Part shown: positions 11,892 through 22,645 of the stretch, piece by piece | How positions within the stretch are numbered: the stretch's first letter is position 1 | Layout: the number at the start of each line of letters is the position of its first letter | DNA from: Sphyrna mokarran | Taxonomy: Eukaryota | Length of the DNA: 64,000 bases | Assembly (NCBI GenBank): GCA_024679065.1 | Contig: JAGIQG010000023.1 | Span: forward strand, 10,664,001-10,728,000 | Direction: 5' to 3' | Position numbers and translations under genes: made by a program | The notes under the pieces: generated by a model | What the model was told of the DNA's origin: nothing | The model's input: only the letters and a program-made list of their open reading frames with translations | The model's database searches: none

Positions 11892-12404
11892 GTGAGATTT
11901 CAATAATTGCCTTAATTTAATTTCTAATCATTCCAATTAAACTCATATTGATTAGATAGTTCTGCTCTCTTCACAAGAACTGCTGAGCAATCTGATACCT
12001 TCAAAACCCACAACTGCCAGTGTGGTCCTATGCTTTTCCTCATATAATTTCTATTGATATCTTCCTGTTTAATATAAGCATCGATTTCAGAGAGCAAAGG
12101 TTTCCACAGGCTCTGATGGGCCAAATGGTCTCTTTGTGCACTGTAGGGTTTCTGTGATTCTATGAAAGAGCCAGTGATCAGAATGATTAAAATATGTCCC
12201 CTTCGCCACAGAACTGCTCCCCACCACCCTGCTGTGCCATATCATTTGCTTTCTTAAATACTGTTAATCTTACAGCTGGCGATGATCAGTGGCTCCAACA
12301 TTCAAGGCTAAGTGCTGGTAAATGGGATTCAGTGGGAGGGGAGGTGTTTCCCGCATGTCAGTGCAGGCTCCAAGAGCTGAAGGGCCTCTTCTGCATTGTA
12401 TGAT

Positions 12405-12700
12405 TGTTGCCCATCCCTAATTGCCCTTGACAAGGTGGTTGCTTGTCATCATGTGCCACTGTAGTCCACAAGGTGTAAATATTCCCATCGGATTACTAGA
12501 AAGGCAGCTCCTGGATTTTGACCCAGTGACAATGAAGGAAACTTGATACATTTCCGAGTCCCACGAGTGTGGGCATTTGAAGGAAAGTCACAAGTGGTGG
12601 TGTTTCTGGGCACCTTCCTTGTCCTTCTAACTGGTAGAGGTTGCAAGTTTGGAGCACGCTATTGAGGATACCTTGCTGGATTGCTTCAGTGTATTGCCAA
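12405..12700 (-). mobile_element. Second-family LINE 3' fragment
   Basis: TTGCCCATCCCTAATTGCCCTTGA matches the reverse tail of 51690-54310. Confidence 0.65.
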
Positions 12701-12863
12701 CCATGAGAGATAATCTCACCAGAATATAACTCATCTTTCGATTAGGGGATATTACATCAAAAATCAGAAATCGCATGTGGGTAGTGTCGGGTTCGAGACA
12801 TACCCAACGATTTGATAGCCGAGGAAAGTGTGTTTATAATGTGACCACGCAGGTTGAGTATTG

Positions 12864-13170
12864 GTGGCACGGTGGCAGTAGTGAGGACAGCTGCCTCACA
12901 GTGCCAGGTACCCGAGTTCAATTCCGGCCTTGGGTGACTATCTGTGTGGAGTTTGCACATTCTCCCCATATCTGGATGTGTTTCCTCCAGGTGCTCCGGT
13001 TTCCTCCCACGCTCCAAAGATGCGCAGGTTAGGTTGATTAGCCATGCTAAATTGCCCCTTACTATCAGGGAGATTAGGACTGTAAATATGTGGGGTTACG
13101 GAGAAGGGACCTGGGTGGGATTGTTGTCAATGGGCCAAATGGCCTTCTTCTCCATTGCAAGGATTCTAAG
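12864..13170 (+). mobile_element. HE1-like SINE, tail type A
   Basis: Head, core and tail match other copies. Confidence 0.85.
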
Positions 13171-13291
13171 AGTATCAACCCGTAAAATTCTTCCAACATA
13201 CGCCAAAGCAGATGGTTAGCGTAGGAGAAATTCCTGGTTAATCATGCTTGATGAAGTGGTGCCTCTGAGCTGTAAACCTCTGGTGACGGGC

Positions 13292-14275
13292 TAGTGAACT
13301 GTTCAGGGAAGACATCACTATGGAGACAGATGGAAATCTCTGGAGTTTAATACAGACAAGTGTGACGTATTGCACTTTGGAAGGACAAACCAAGGTAGAA
13401 CATACAAAGTAAATGGTAAGATACTGATGAGTGTAGTAGAATAGAGAAATCTGAGAATACAGATACATAATTCCCTAAAAGTGGCGTCACGGGTAGATAG
13501 GATCATAAAGAGTTCTTTGGCCTTTATAAATCAAAATATTGAGTATAAGAATTGGAATGTTATGGTGAAGCTGTATAAGACATTGGTGAGGGCCAGTTTA
13601 GGGTATTGTGTGCAGATTTGGTCACCTAATTACAGGAAGTTGAAAGAGTGAAGAGAAGGTTTACAAGGATGTTGCCGGGACTCGAGAAACTGAGTTACAG
13701 AGAAAGGTTGAATAGGTTAGGACTTTATTCCCTGGAGCGTAGAAGAATGAGGGGAGATTTGATAGAGGTATATAAAATGATGATGGGTATAGATAGAGTG
13801 AATGCAAGCACGCTTTTTCCACTGAGCTAGGGGAAAAAAAATACTAGGGGGAAAATTTTAAGGGAATAATGGGGGGGGAGCGTTTTTCACACAGAGAGTG
13901 GTGGGAGTGTGGAATGAGCTGCTAGATGAAGCGGGTTCACTTTTAACATTTAAGAAAAACTTGAACAGGTACATGAATGAGAGGGGGTGGAGAGATATGG
14001 TCCAAGTGCAAGTCAGTGGGACTACGCAGAAAAATGGTTCGGCACTGCCAAAAAGGGCCAAAAGGCCTGTTTCTGTGCTGTAATGTTCTATGGTTCTATG
14101 GAAACTGCGTCATGCAGATTCCATAGGGTCTTTGAAGAGACTTTTGGATAAGTACATGGGACTTGGTAAGATAGAGGGTTATAGATAAGCCTAGTAGGTA
14201 GGAATATGTTCGCCACAACTTGTGGGCCAAAGGGCCTGTTTCTGCTGTAGTTTTTCTATGTCCTATGTTCTATGA
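13292..14275 (+). mobile_element. CR1-type LINE 3' fragment followed by a second short CR1 tail
   Basis: RRFTRMLPGL and ERRRMRGDLIEVYK; two successive GGCCTGTTTCTG..(GTTCTAT)n ends near 14100 and 14272. Confidence 0.85.
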
Positions 14276-14406
14276 ACCTCTAGTTATAGGAAGACAAACA
14301 ACATTAAAAACCAGTTGTATCATTTAGTTCACAATTTACTATGTTTTACTTTTTTTAATCATGTGTACAAAGTCTTAATTCAATCTATTCCACTTGAATC
14401 CTTTAG

Positions 14407-14525
14407 CAATATCACTTCACTGAAATGGTACATCATCCTTTCTGTTGTTCTGGGACTGTTAATCTTACTACTGTTGGTTTTATTCATATTCAGAAGAAAA
14501 ATGCAAAGATCAGCCAGAGAGCAGG
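14407..14525 (+). CDS. Receptor transmembrane exon
   Basis: Acceptor CCTTTAG at 14406 (phase 2), donor GTAAGT at 14526 (phase 1); WYIILSVVLGLLILLLLVLFIF then RRK stop-transfer; no charged TM residue. Confidence 0.9.
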
Positions 14526-15537
14526 GTAAGTAGCCATGAAGACATTTTCTTTGCAATAAATATGCAACATGAATTGCCCAGTGGAATAGCACAATAATAC
14601 ATTATGGGTATAAAATTGAAAAGAACTGCTTTTCAATCAGAGACAGGAAGAATTAAATTTTCCCAGTTTTATGGAAGTGAGTTAAGTAAGTGAGACTGGG
14701 AATAAAGTTATAAAATGGCGCTCAGGTCAACTACCAGAATCGTTCCCATCGCTGAATGCCCTTGCCCAAGTTGAGTCAATCTGGCAAAGGTCACCCACAC
14801 TGGGGCAGCGGCTAAATAATTGGGTACATTAATGAGATAACTGGGGGTGTGGGGGGGAGACAGATGATGGCTTTGTTGGGATCTTCACAATAGCAGATGG
14901 GAGCCATGCTGAGGCCCAAACCTAATAGACAACTGGATGTAGCCTTGTTGCGATAGGACTTGAGGCAGTTAATACCTCCACTTGATCGAGACTGTTGGTG
15001 GTCACCAGCAATATCTGCAGCCACAGGCCATGCTGTGGAGGGTTCCGTCACCATGGCCACATAGCTCTGGGCCAGCGCAATTTTCAATTTCTCCCAATGT
15101 TACAGAGAGTATCTCCAGTTTGAAGTTCCCTCATAATCTCCCACCAAGAGCAACTCTTGGTGGAGTTGCTGTCAAGACACAGCTGTAGGGCCTTCTATTT
15201 CGGCTTCTGCTTCCAATAGTCTGCGGTCTCTGACCTTAACTGAACTGGAATTCCGGCACTGGCCTCTCTGAAAAATCACAATCCACCAAGGCCTCCTCCA
15301 CACACTGAGCTGAAATTGAGGCAAAGATCAAGGTCACGACGCAACCAATAAAATTCATCCTTCGGACCATCCAGCCCCTCCAGCCCAACCAATTTTGGTC
15401 AATTCTTTCACTGCATGTTTGGCATATAAACAATAAAAGGTGAGAGGGGTGATGAATAAAGCAGGCTTTCCATCCTAACACATAAGATATGGGCAGGAGG
15501 CATGCTCCATTGGAACCTGCCATCCAGTGTAATATAG

Positions 15538-15690
15538 TTGGCACAATGGCTCAGAGGTTAGTACTGCTGCCTCAAAGCTCCAAGGACCTGGGTTCAATTC
15601 CTGACTTGGGTCACTGGCTGTGTGGAGTTTGCAAGCTCTCCCTGTGTCTACATAGCTTTCCTCTGGGTGACAGTAATAAATAGATTTTAA
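15538..15690 (+). mobile_element. HE1-like SINE, type B, with internal deletion
   Basis: Head and core to CTCTGGGTG joined directly to the type B end GACAGTAATAAATAGA. Confidence 0.7.
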
Positions 15691-18204
15691 ACAAGAAAGA
15701 TATGTGCCGGCTAAGAGTAAAGATGGAAAAGGTAGGATTAGAGAGCCGTGGATTACTAGGGATATTGAGGGCTTGGTTAGGAAGAAAAGAGAGGCGTATG
15801 ATAGGTCAAAGCAGCTGGGATCTGAGACAGTGTTGGAGGAATATAGAGAGAGTAGGACGGAGCTCAAATGGGGAGTTAGAAGGGCAAAAAGGGGGCATGA
15901 AATGATTTTGGTGGATAGGATTAAGGAAAATCCAAAGGCTTTTTACTCCAATGTTAGGAATAAAAGGGTGGTTAGAGGAAAAATCGGACCTCTGAGGGAC
16001 AGAGGAGGGGAACTGTGCTTAGAGCCCGAGGGAATGGGGGAGATCCTGAATGAATACTTTGCGTCGGTATTCACAAAGGAGAGGGGCTTGTTGACAGCTC
16101 CTGTCTCTGAGGGAGCTGTGGACCAATTGAAGGAAATATCCATACTGAGGGAGGAAGTGTTAGAGCTTCTAGGTAGCATTAAAACTGATAAATCTCCGGG
16201 GCCTGATGGCATTTATCTCAGGCTGCTTAGGGAGGTGCGAGGTGAAATTGCTGGGCCTCTGACACAAATCTTTGTCTCTTCTTTGGACACAGGTGAGGTC
16301 CCAGAGGACTGGAGAATAGCTAATGTTGTACCGTTGTTTAAAAAGGGTAGTAGGGATAACCCTGGAAATTATAGGCCAGTGAGTTTGACGTCAGTGGTAG
16401 GGAAGCTGTTGGAGGGGATTCTTAGAGATAGAATGTATAGGCACTTAGAGCATTGCGATCTGATTAGGGATACGCAGCATGGCTTTGTTAAGAGGAGGTC
16501 ATGCCTTACAAATCTGGTAGAATTTTTTGAGGAGGTGATGAAAACGGTCAACGAAAGGTGAGCTGTTGATGTCGTCTATATGGATTTCAGTAAGGCGTTT
16601 GACAAAGTCCCTCATGGGAGGTTAGTTGAGAAGGTCAAGGCTCATGAGATACAAGGACAGGTAGCTAGATGGATAAGTAACTGGCTTAGTAATAGGAGAC
16701 AGAGAGTAATAGTGGAAGGGTGTTTTTCTAGCTGGAGGTCGGTCACTAGTGGTGTGCCGCAGAGCTCAGTACTGGGACCTCTTCTATTTGTAATATATAT
16801 AAATGACTTGGAAGAGGGAGTAAGTGGAGTGATCAGCAAGTTTGCAGACGATACAAAGATGGCTGAGCTTGCGGATAGTGAGGAACATTGTCAGGCGATG
16901 CAACAGGACATAGATAGGCTGGTAGCTTGGGCAGATAGATAGCAAATGGAATTCAAACCTGATAAATGCGATGCACTTTGGGAGAAATAATGTAGGGGGA
17001 AGGTATATGATAAAGGGTAGAGCTATTAAGAGTATAGAAACGCAGAGGGACCTGGGGGTGCAGGTGCACAAGTCTCTGAAGGTGGCAGAGCAGGTGGAGA
17101 AGGTTGTGAAGAAAGCATATGGTGCGTTCGCCTTTATAAGAAGGGGTATAGAGTACAAGAGCTGGCCTTTAATGTTGCATTGTATAAAACGTTAGTTAGA
17201 CCTCATTTGCAATACTGCATCTAGTTCCAGTTGCCTCGCTACCGGAAGGATGTGGAGACTCTGGAGAGAGTGCAGAGGAAGTTTACCAGGATGCTGCCTG
17301 GTATGGAAGGTCTGAGGTGCGAGGAGAGGTTAGGCAAATTGGGACTGTTTTCCTTAGAAAGATATAGACTTAGAGGAGATCTAATAAAGGTGTGCAAGAT
17401 TATGAGGGGTATAGATAGAGTAAACAGGGTTAAGCTTTTTGCTAGGTTGGACTCAAATAGCACGAGGGGTCACGGGCTTAGGGTGAGGGGGGTAAGGTAT
17501 AACTTGGATGCTAGAGGGAGTTTTTTCACACAGAGGGTGGTGAGGGTATGGAATGCGCTACCAAGTAAAGTGGTGGAGGCAGGCACTCTGGAGTTATTTA
17601 AGAAATACTTAGATGGGCACATGAACAGAATGGGAATGGAGGGGTATAGAAAACCGATTTAAAATAGGGATCATGAGCCTTGGGAGTCCCTGGGAAGTAT
17701 GTAAATAGATGATGATATTGATGTACTTATTTTTATCCTACAGGTGATTTGGTCCGCCTTGTTGTCTAATAAGGGGCATACACGCAATGGGTCGTGAGAG
17801 GGCTACTCTTGGATTTTTTTTGAGAGGATCCTAGTGCTTCACGTTGTTAGTTTGCGCTTGACCTGGACCATTTGATGGGCAACACGACAGTTCAGTGACT
17901 ATCGCTGTGCTGTGTAGATACATGGATTTGGGCCTGTGTCTGTGGGAGTTTGCGCATTCTCCCTGTGCTTGCGTAGGTTTTCTCCGGGCGCTCCAGTTTC
18001 CTCCCACATCCCAAAGATGTGCTCTTCGGCTAATTGGCAAAACAAATTCTCCCTAAATTGTCTCAAATTTGGTTTTTAATCCATAGATCTATAAACATGG
18101 ACAGGGTTCACAGGTAGAGGTGGGAACATCAGGGTGGCGGCGCGGGCTCGTTGGGCCGAAGGGCCTGTTTCCCGTTCTGTTTTGTTCTTTGTTTTTTGTT
18201 CTTT
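15691..18204 (+). mobile_element. 5'-truncated CR1-type LINE, ORF2 with a few stops and frameshifts and an unusually long 3' UTR
   Basis: RT motifs across ORFs 15704..16561, 16580..16942, 16971..17195, 17231..17662; terminal GGGCCGAAGGGCCTGTTT plus (TTTGTTCT)n. Confidence 0.93.
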
Positions 18205-18393
18205 ATTAATGATATTGCATCAGCTTCTGAATCATTTCACAACACAGTGACATGGTTTGCAGTAAATCTCTAATGCATGGTCAAAGTTCCTGATACTCAA
18301 TGTCTTCATTTCCCCACTCTATTCCTTCCCTTCTGTAGCCACTTCTTCTTGATCACCTTGGCCATTTTAGACAGTAAGTGTAGATAGAAGAAA

Positions 18394-18689
18394 AAGTTTA
18401 TTTATTAATGTCACAGATCAGCCAACATTAACAGTGCAATGAAGTTACTGTAACAATCCACTTGTTGCCACACTCCAGTACCTGTTTGGGTACACTGAGG
18501 CAGAATTTAGCATGGCCAGTGCACCTAACCAGCACGTCTTTCAGACTATGGGAGAAAACCGGAGCACCCGGAGGAAACCCATGCAGACCTGGGGAGAACA
18601 TGCAGACTCTGCACAGACAGTGACCCAAGCCAGGAATCAAACCCAGGTCCCTGATGCTGTGAGACAGCAGTGCTAACCACTGTGTCACA
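18394..18689 (-). mobile_element. HE1-like SINE, tail type B
   Basis: Reverse complement of type B consensus. Confidence 0.87.
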
Positions 18690-19083
18690 GAGCTACTGCA
18701 AAAATAGGAAGTTACTCAGCTGCAGCAGATACCACTGTGGACTTTGATGCTCTCTCGCCCAATGTCCACAAGCAGAAATTCCTGGATAGCAGCGACAGAA
18801 CTTCTGTCTGATCTTCTCTCCCCGAGTTGGGATGCTGAAATCATTTTCAGAGCCCCAAACACAGGTGCTTTTGAGATTAACTCACTATAAAAGTGCAAGA
18901 AACAAAAATGTATTTATAAAGCTCAATGACTTATGGTGCTAACTTGCTTTAACCATTGAAATAGCAGTTTGAGTCTTGGGGTTTTATTTATTTAGAGTTG
19001 TGATGTGGGGGATGCTGTGTCATAGAATCCCTACAGTGCAGAAGGAGGCCATTTAATCTATCAAATCTGCACCAACACTCCAA

Positions 19084-19350
19084 TGTGGCACAGTGGTTAG
19101 CACTGCTGCCTCACAGCACAGGGGACCTGAGTTCAACCCCCAGCTTGGATCACCGTATGGAGTCTACATGTTCTCCCCCTATCTAAGTGGGTTTCCTTCC
19201 ATAGTCTGAAAGACGTGTGGTTTATGTGCGTTAGCCATGCTAAATTCTCCTTCAGTGTACCCGAACAGGCGCTGGAGTATGACAATTGGGGATTTTCACA
19301 ATAACTTCATTGCAGTGCTAATGTAAGCCAACTTGTGATTAATAAATTAA
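19084..19350 (+). mobile_element. HE1-like SINE type B nested in an older minus-strand type A remnant (19020-19083, 19360-19427)
   Basis: Type B head-to-tail copy flanked by two pieces of reverse type A tail. Confidence 0.75.
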
Positions 19351-19440
19351 TGTTAATTCTTTAACAAAGCATGTTACCTAGACCTTATCTATGTAACCCC
19401 TAATCTTCCTAACCTATATGTCTTAGGTTATATGCTTTCA

Positions 19441-19755
19441 TGGTATCACAGCATACCACATTCTATTTCATGGCATCTCAGTATATTATATTCTGCTCCA
19501 TAGTATCTTAATGTTCTACACCCTGCTCCATAGTATCTCAGTGTTCTACACTCTGCTCCATAGTATCTCAGTGTTCTACACTCTGCTCCATAGTATCTCA
19601 GTGTCCTACACTCTGCTCCATAGTATCTCAGTGTTCTACACTCTGCTCCATAGTATCTCAGTGTTCTACATTCTGTTCCAAAGTATCTCAGTGTTCTACA
19701 CTCTGCTTCATAGTATCTCAGTGTTCTACACTCTGCTCCATGATATCGCAGTGTG
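19441..19755. repeat. 30-bp minisatellite, about 10.5 units (TAGTATCTCAGTGTTCTACACTCTGCTCCA)
   Basis: Eight near-perfect units 19501-19740, two degenerate 5' units and a partial 3' unit. Confidence 0.95.
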
Positions 19756-19980
19756 CCTTTTGATCAATGTTGTGTCACATTGAGGTTTTCCTGTCATGTG
19801 GTTAATGAATAACTCTCTCTGTGGTAGACTCAAAGAACATGATTGGGTTGATGTGGGCAGGTGTCTGTAAGCATGAAACTAATTTGAGTTTCTCACAGTG
19901 AATATCCATTTCAGGATAAAATAGAACAAAGTGACAGAAGATTTTTATTGTAATTGAATCATATGTTATTTATTTTCCAG

Positions 19981-20027
19981 ACAAGAATGAAAATGAGAAT
20001 GTGAAACCCCAGACACTGGTCACAGAG
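19981..20027 (+). CDS. Receptor cytoplasmic exon 1 (DKNENENVKPQTLVTE)
   Basis: Acceptor TTATTTTCCAG at 19980, donor GAG/GTATGA at 20028; 47 nt, phase 1 to 0, links TM exon to last exon in frame. Confidence 0.85.
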
Positions 20028-20129
20028 GTATGAATGAAAGCAATTTAAAATGATAGAAGTTCCATTTCTTGTATTTTGCAATTATTTAACACAAACGTCA
20101 TTTCTTTATTAAACTCCAAATTCCCTCAT

Positions 20130-20427
20130 TATAAAATCTGACACTGCAGAAGGGTGCCATTTGGCCCATCAAGTCTGCTCCAACCACAATCCCAGGCAAG
20201 CTCTATCCCTAAATATTTACCCCAGCTGATCCCCCTGACACTAAGGGTCAATTTAGAAATAACCAGTCAGCCAAATCTGCACATCTTTGGACAGTGGGAA
20301 GAAACCAGAGCATGCGAAGGAAACCCACGCAAACACAGGGAGTACGCGTTGACTCTGCACAGACGGCAACCCAAGCCAGGAATTGAACCCACATCCCTGG
20401 CGCTGTGAGGCAGCAGTGCTAACCATC
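20130..20427 (-). mobile_element. HE1-like SINE, tail type A
   Basis: Reverse consensus match. Confidence 0.82.
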
Positions 20428-20809
20428 CTGTGGAACTGTTTCGCCATACTCACCATAACTATATCGACATTATATACATCTGTAAAGCAACAGTGATGGT
20501 TGGACAGGAACTTGCAAAAGAGTGATGTCCCCGTGCATTTGCTCCATTTGTGCTCCCAGCTGATAACTAGCTCTGACACACGCACTGCTAATAGAGCGAA
20601 TGAATGCTTAAGGTGGTAATAGAGGGCCACGTGAGTAGGTTGTTTCATCCTGGAAGATGTTGAGTTTCCTGGGTTACGCTTATCAAGTAAGTAAAGAGTA
20701 TTCCAGGATCTTCTTGCCAGACCTATTGATGATGGAATTTAAGGAGGTTGGAGGTGACTTACTTACCATAGAATTCCCCACCTTCACCTTGCTGTTCAGT
20801 ATACAAAGG

Positions 20810-21292
20810 GATCAAGGAACAGCCCAGCAGAGGAACAGACCTTTTGGCCCATCAAGCCAGTGCTGAATACAATGTTCTATCCAAACTACCCGTCTTTATC
20901 CCTCTATTCCCTGCCTATTCATGTCTATCCAGATAAGTCTTAAATGTGGCTAATGTATCTGCCTCAACCACCTCATTTGGCAGTGCATTCCAGGCCCCCA
21001 CCGCCCTCTGTGTGAAAGACATCTCTGCTGAACATTTCCCCCGCTTTAACTTGAACTTGTGCCCCTTTGTAATTGTCACTTCTGCTCTGGGAAAAAGTTT
21101 CCAACTGTTCATCCTATCTATACCCCTAATAATTTTATAAACTTTTTACCAAGTCACCCCTCAGCCTCTGTCTTTCTAGGGAAAATAATTCCAGCTCATT
21201 CAATCTCTCCTCATAGCTAATACCCTCCGTGCCAGGCAACATCCTAGTAAATATTTTCTGTACTCTCTCCAAAGCCTCCATGACCTTCTGGT
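20810..21292 (-). mobile_element. CR1-type LINE 3' fragment
   Basis: Minus-strand FTQRAVGAWNALPNEVVEA. Confidence 0.82.
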
Positions 21293-21431
21293 ATATCTAT
21301 GTCTGGTACTGTTAGACAAATGGTAACTCCCAGGATGTTAATGTTGGGGCAGTATCATAGAAATGTAAGTGTGCATATTTTGTCTGATTACCTTTAGACA
21401 GCAGCAAGCACAAATAATGTTTTTATTTCAG

Positions 21432-21611
21432 TTTGACAGAGAGGAGGAAGACGCAGTCACTTATTCTGCTGTGGAGATTCAGGCTTCCACTCAAAGAGGA
21501 GAAAATTCTATAATTTACGCCAATTTGAAGAACACAAAAACGCAAAGTGGTGGCATCGTGATCAATTCTTCAGAATCAGTGGAATATTCCACAGTGATAT
21601 TTGGATCCTAA
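21432..21611 (+). CDS. Receptor terminal coding exon with three ITIM-consensus motifs
   Basis: Acceptor TTTTATTTCAG at 21431 (phase 0); VTYSAV, IIYANL, VEYSTV; stop TAA 21609-21611. Confidence 0.9.
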   Translation, partial: FDREEEDAVTYSAVEIQASTQRGENSIIYANLKNTKTQSGGIVINSSESVEYSTVIFGS

Positions 21612-21651
21612 TGTAATTACAATTCAAGTCCAAAACCTCACTCTATAAATG

Positions 21652-22645
21652 TAGAGTCATAGAGGTTTACAGCATGGAAACAGGCCATTCAAACCAAATT
21701 TTCCATGCCGCACAGTTTGTACCGTTAAGCTAGTCCCAATTGCCTGCTTTTGGTACATATCCCCCTATACAAATCTTACTCATGTAGCTGTCTAAAATGC
21801 TTTTCAAAAAACAAAACTGTGCCCACCTCTACTCCTATCTCTGGCAGTTCATTCCAGACATTTCCCCCTCTGGAACCTTTTGTCTCTCTCCCTCTCACCT
21901 TAAACCCCTATGCCCTCTAGTTTTAGACTCCACTGTCTTTGGGAAAAGATATTGACTATCTACCTCATCAATGCCCCTCGTTATTTTATAGACCTCTATA
22001 AGATCATCCCCAAGTCTCCTACACTTCAGGGAAAAAAGGCCCAGTCTATCCAGCCTCTCCTTATAACTCAAACCATCAATTCCCGGTAGTATGCTAGTAA
22101 ATTTTTTCTGTACTCTTTCTAGTTCTATAATACGGTGACCAGAACTCTACACATTTTTTCTAAGCGTGGCCTTACCAATGTCTTCAATAAGTCATCCCAA
22201 CTCCTCTATTCAATGTTCTGACAAATGAAACCAAGAATGCCAAATGCTTTTTTCACCACTCTGTCCACCCGTGACTCCACTTTCAAGGATCTATAAATAT
22301 GCGCCCCTAGATCTCTCTGTTCTACAACTCTCTGCAGCACCCTACCGTTAACTGAGAAGGTCCTGCCCTGGCTCGATCTACCAAAATACATCACCATGCA
22401 TTTATCTAAATTAAGCTCCATTCATCAGCCCACTGGCCCAATTGATCAAAATCTTGTTGCAACCCTAGATAACCTTCTTCACTGTCCACTATGCCACCAA
22501 TCTTGGTGTCATCTGCAAATTTACTAACTATGCCTCCTAAATTCTCTAATATAAATAACAAATAACATTGAACCGAGCACCGGTCCCCAAGCCACACCAC
22601 TGATCACAGGCCTCCAGTTTGAAAAAACAACTCTCTAAAACCATC
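21652..22645 (-). mobile_element. CR1-type LINE 3' fragment starting about 40 nt after the receptor stop codon
   Basis: Minus-strand SKFADDTKIGG and EQRDLG; reverse (GACTCTAT) tail at 21652. Confidence 0.87.

Noticed and set aside
19441-19755. CRISPR-like array
   Set aside because: Head-to-tail repeats with no unique spacers, in a eukaryotic intron
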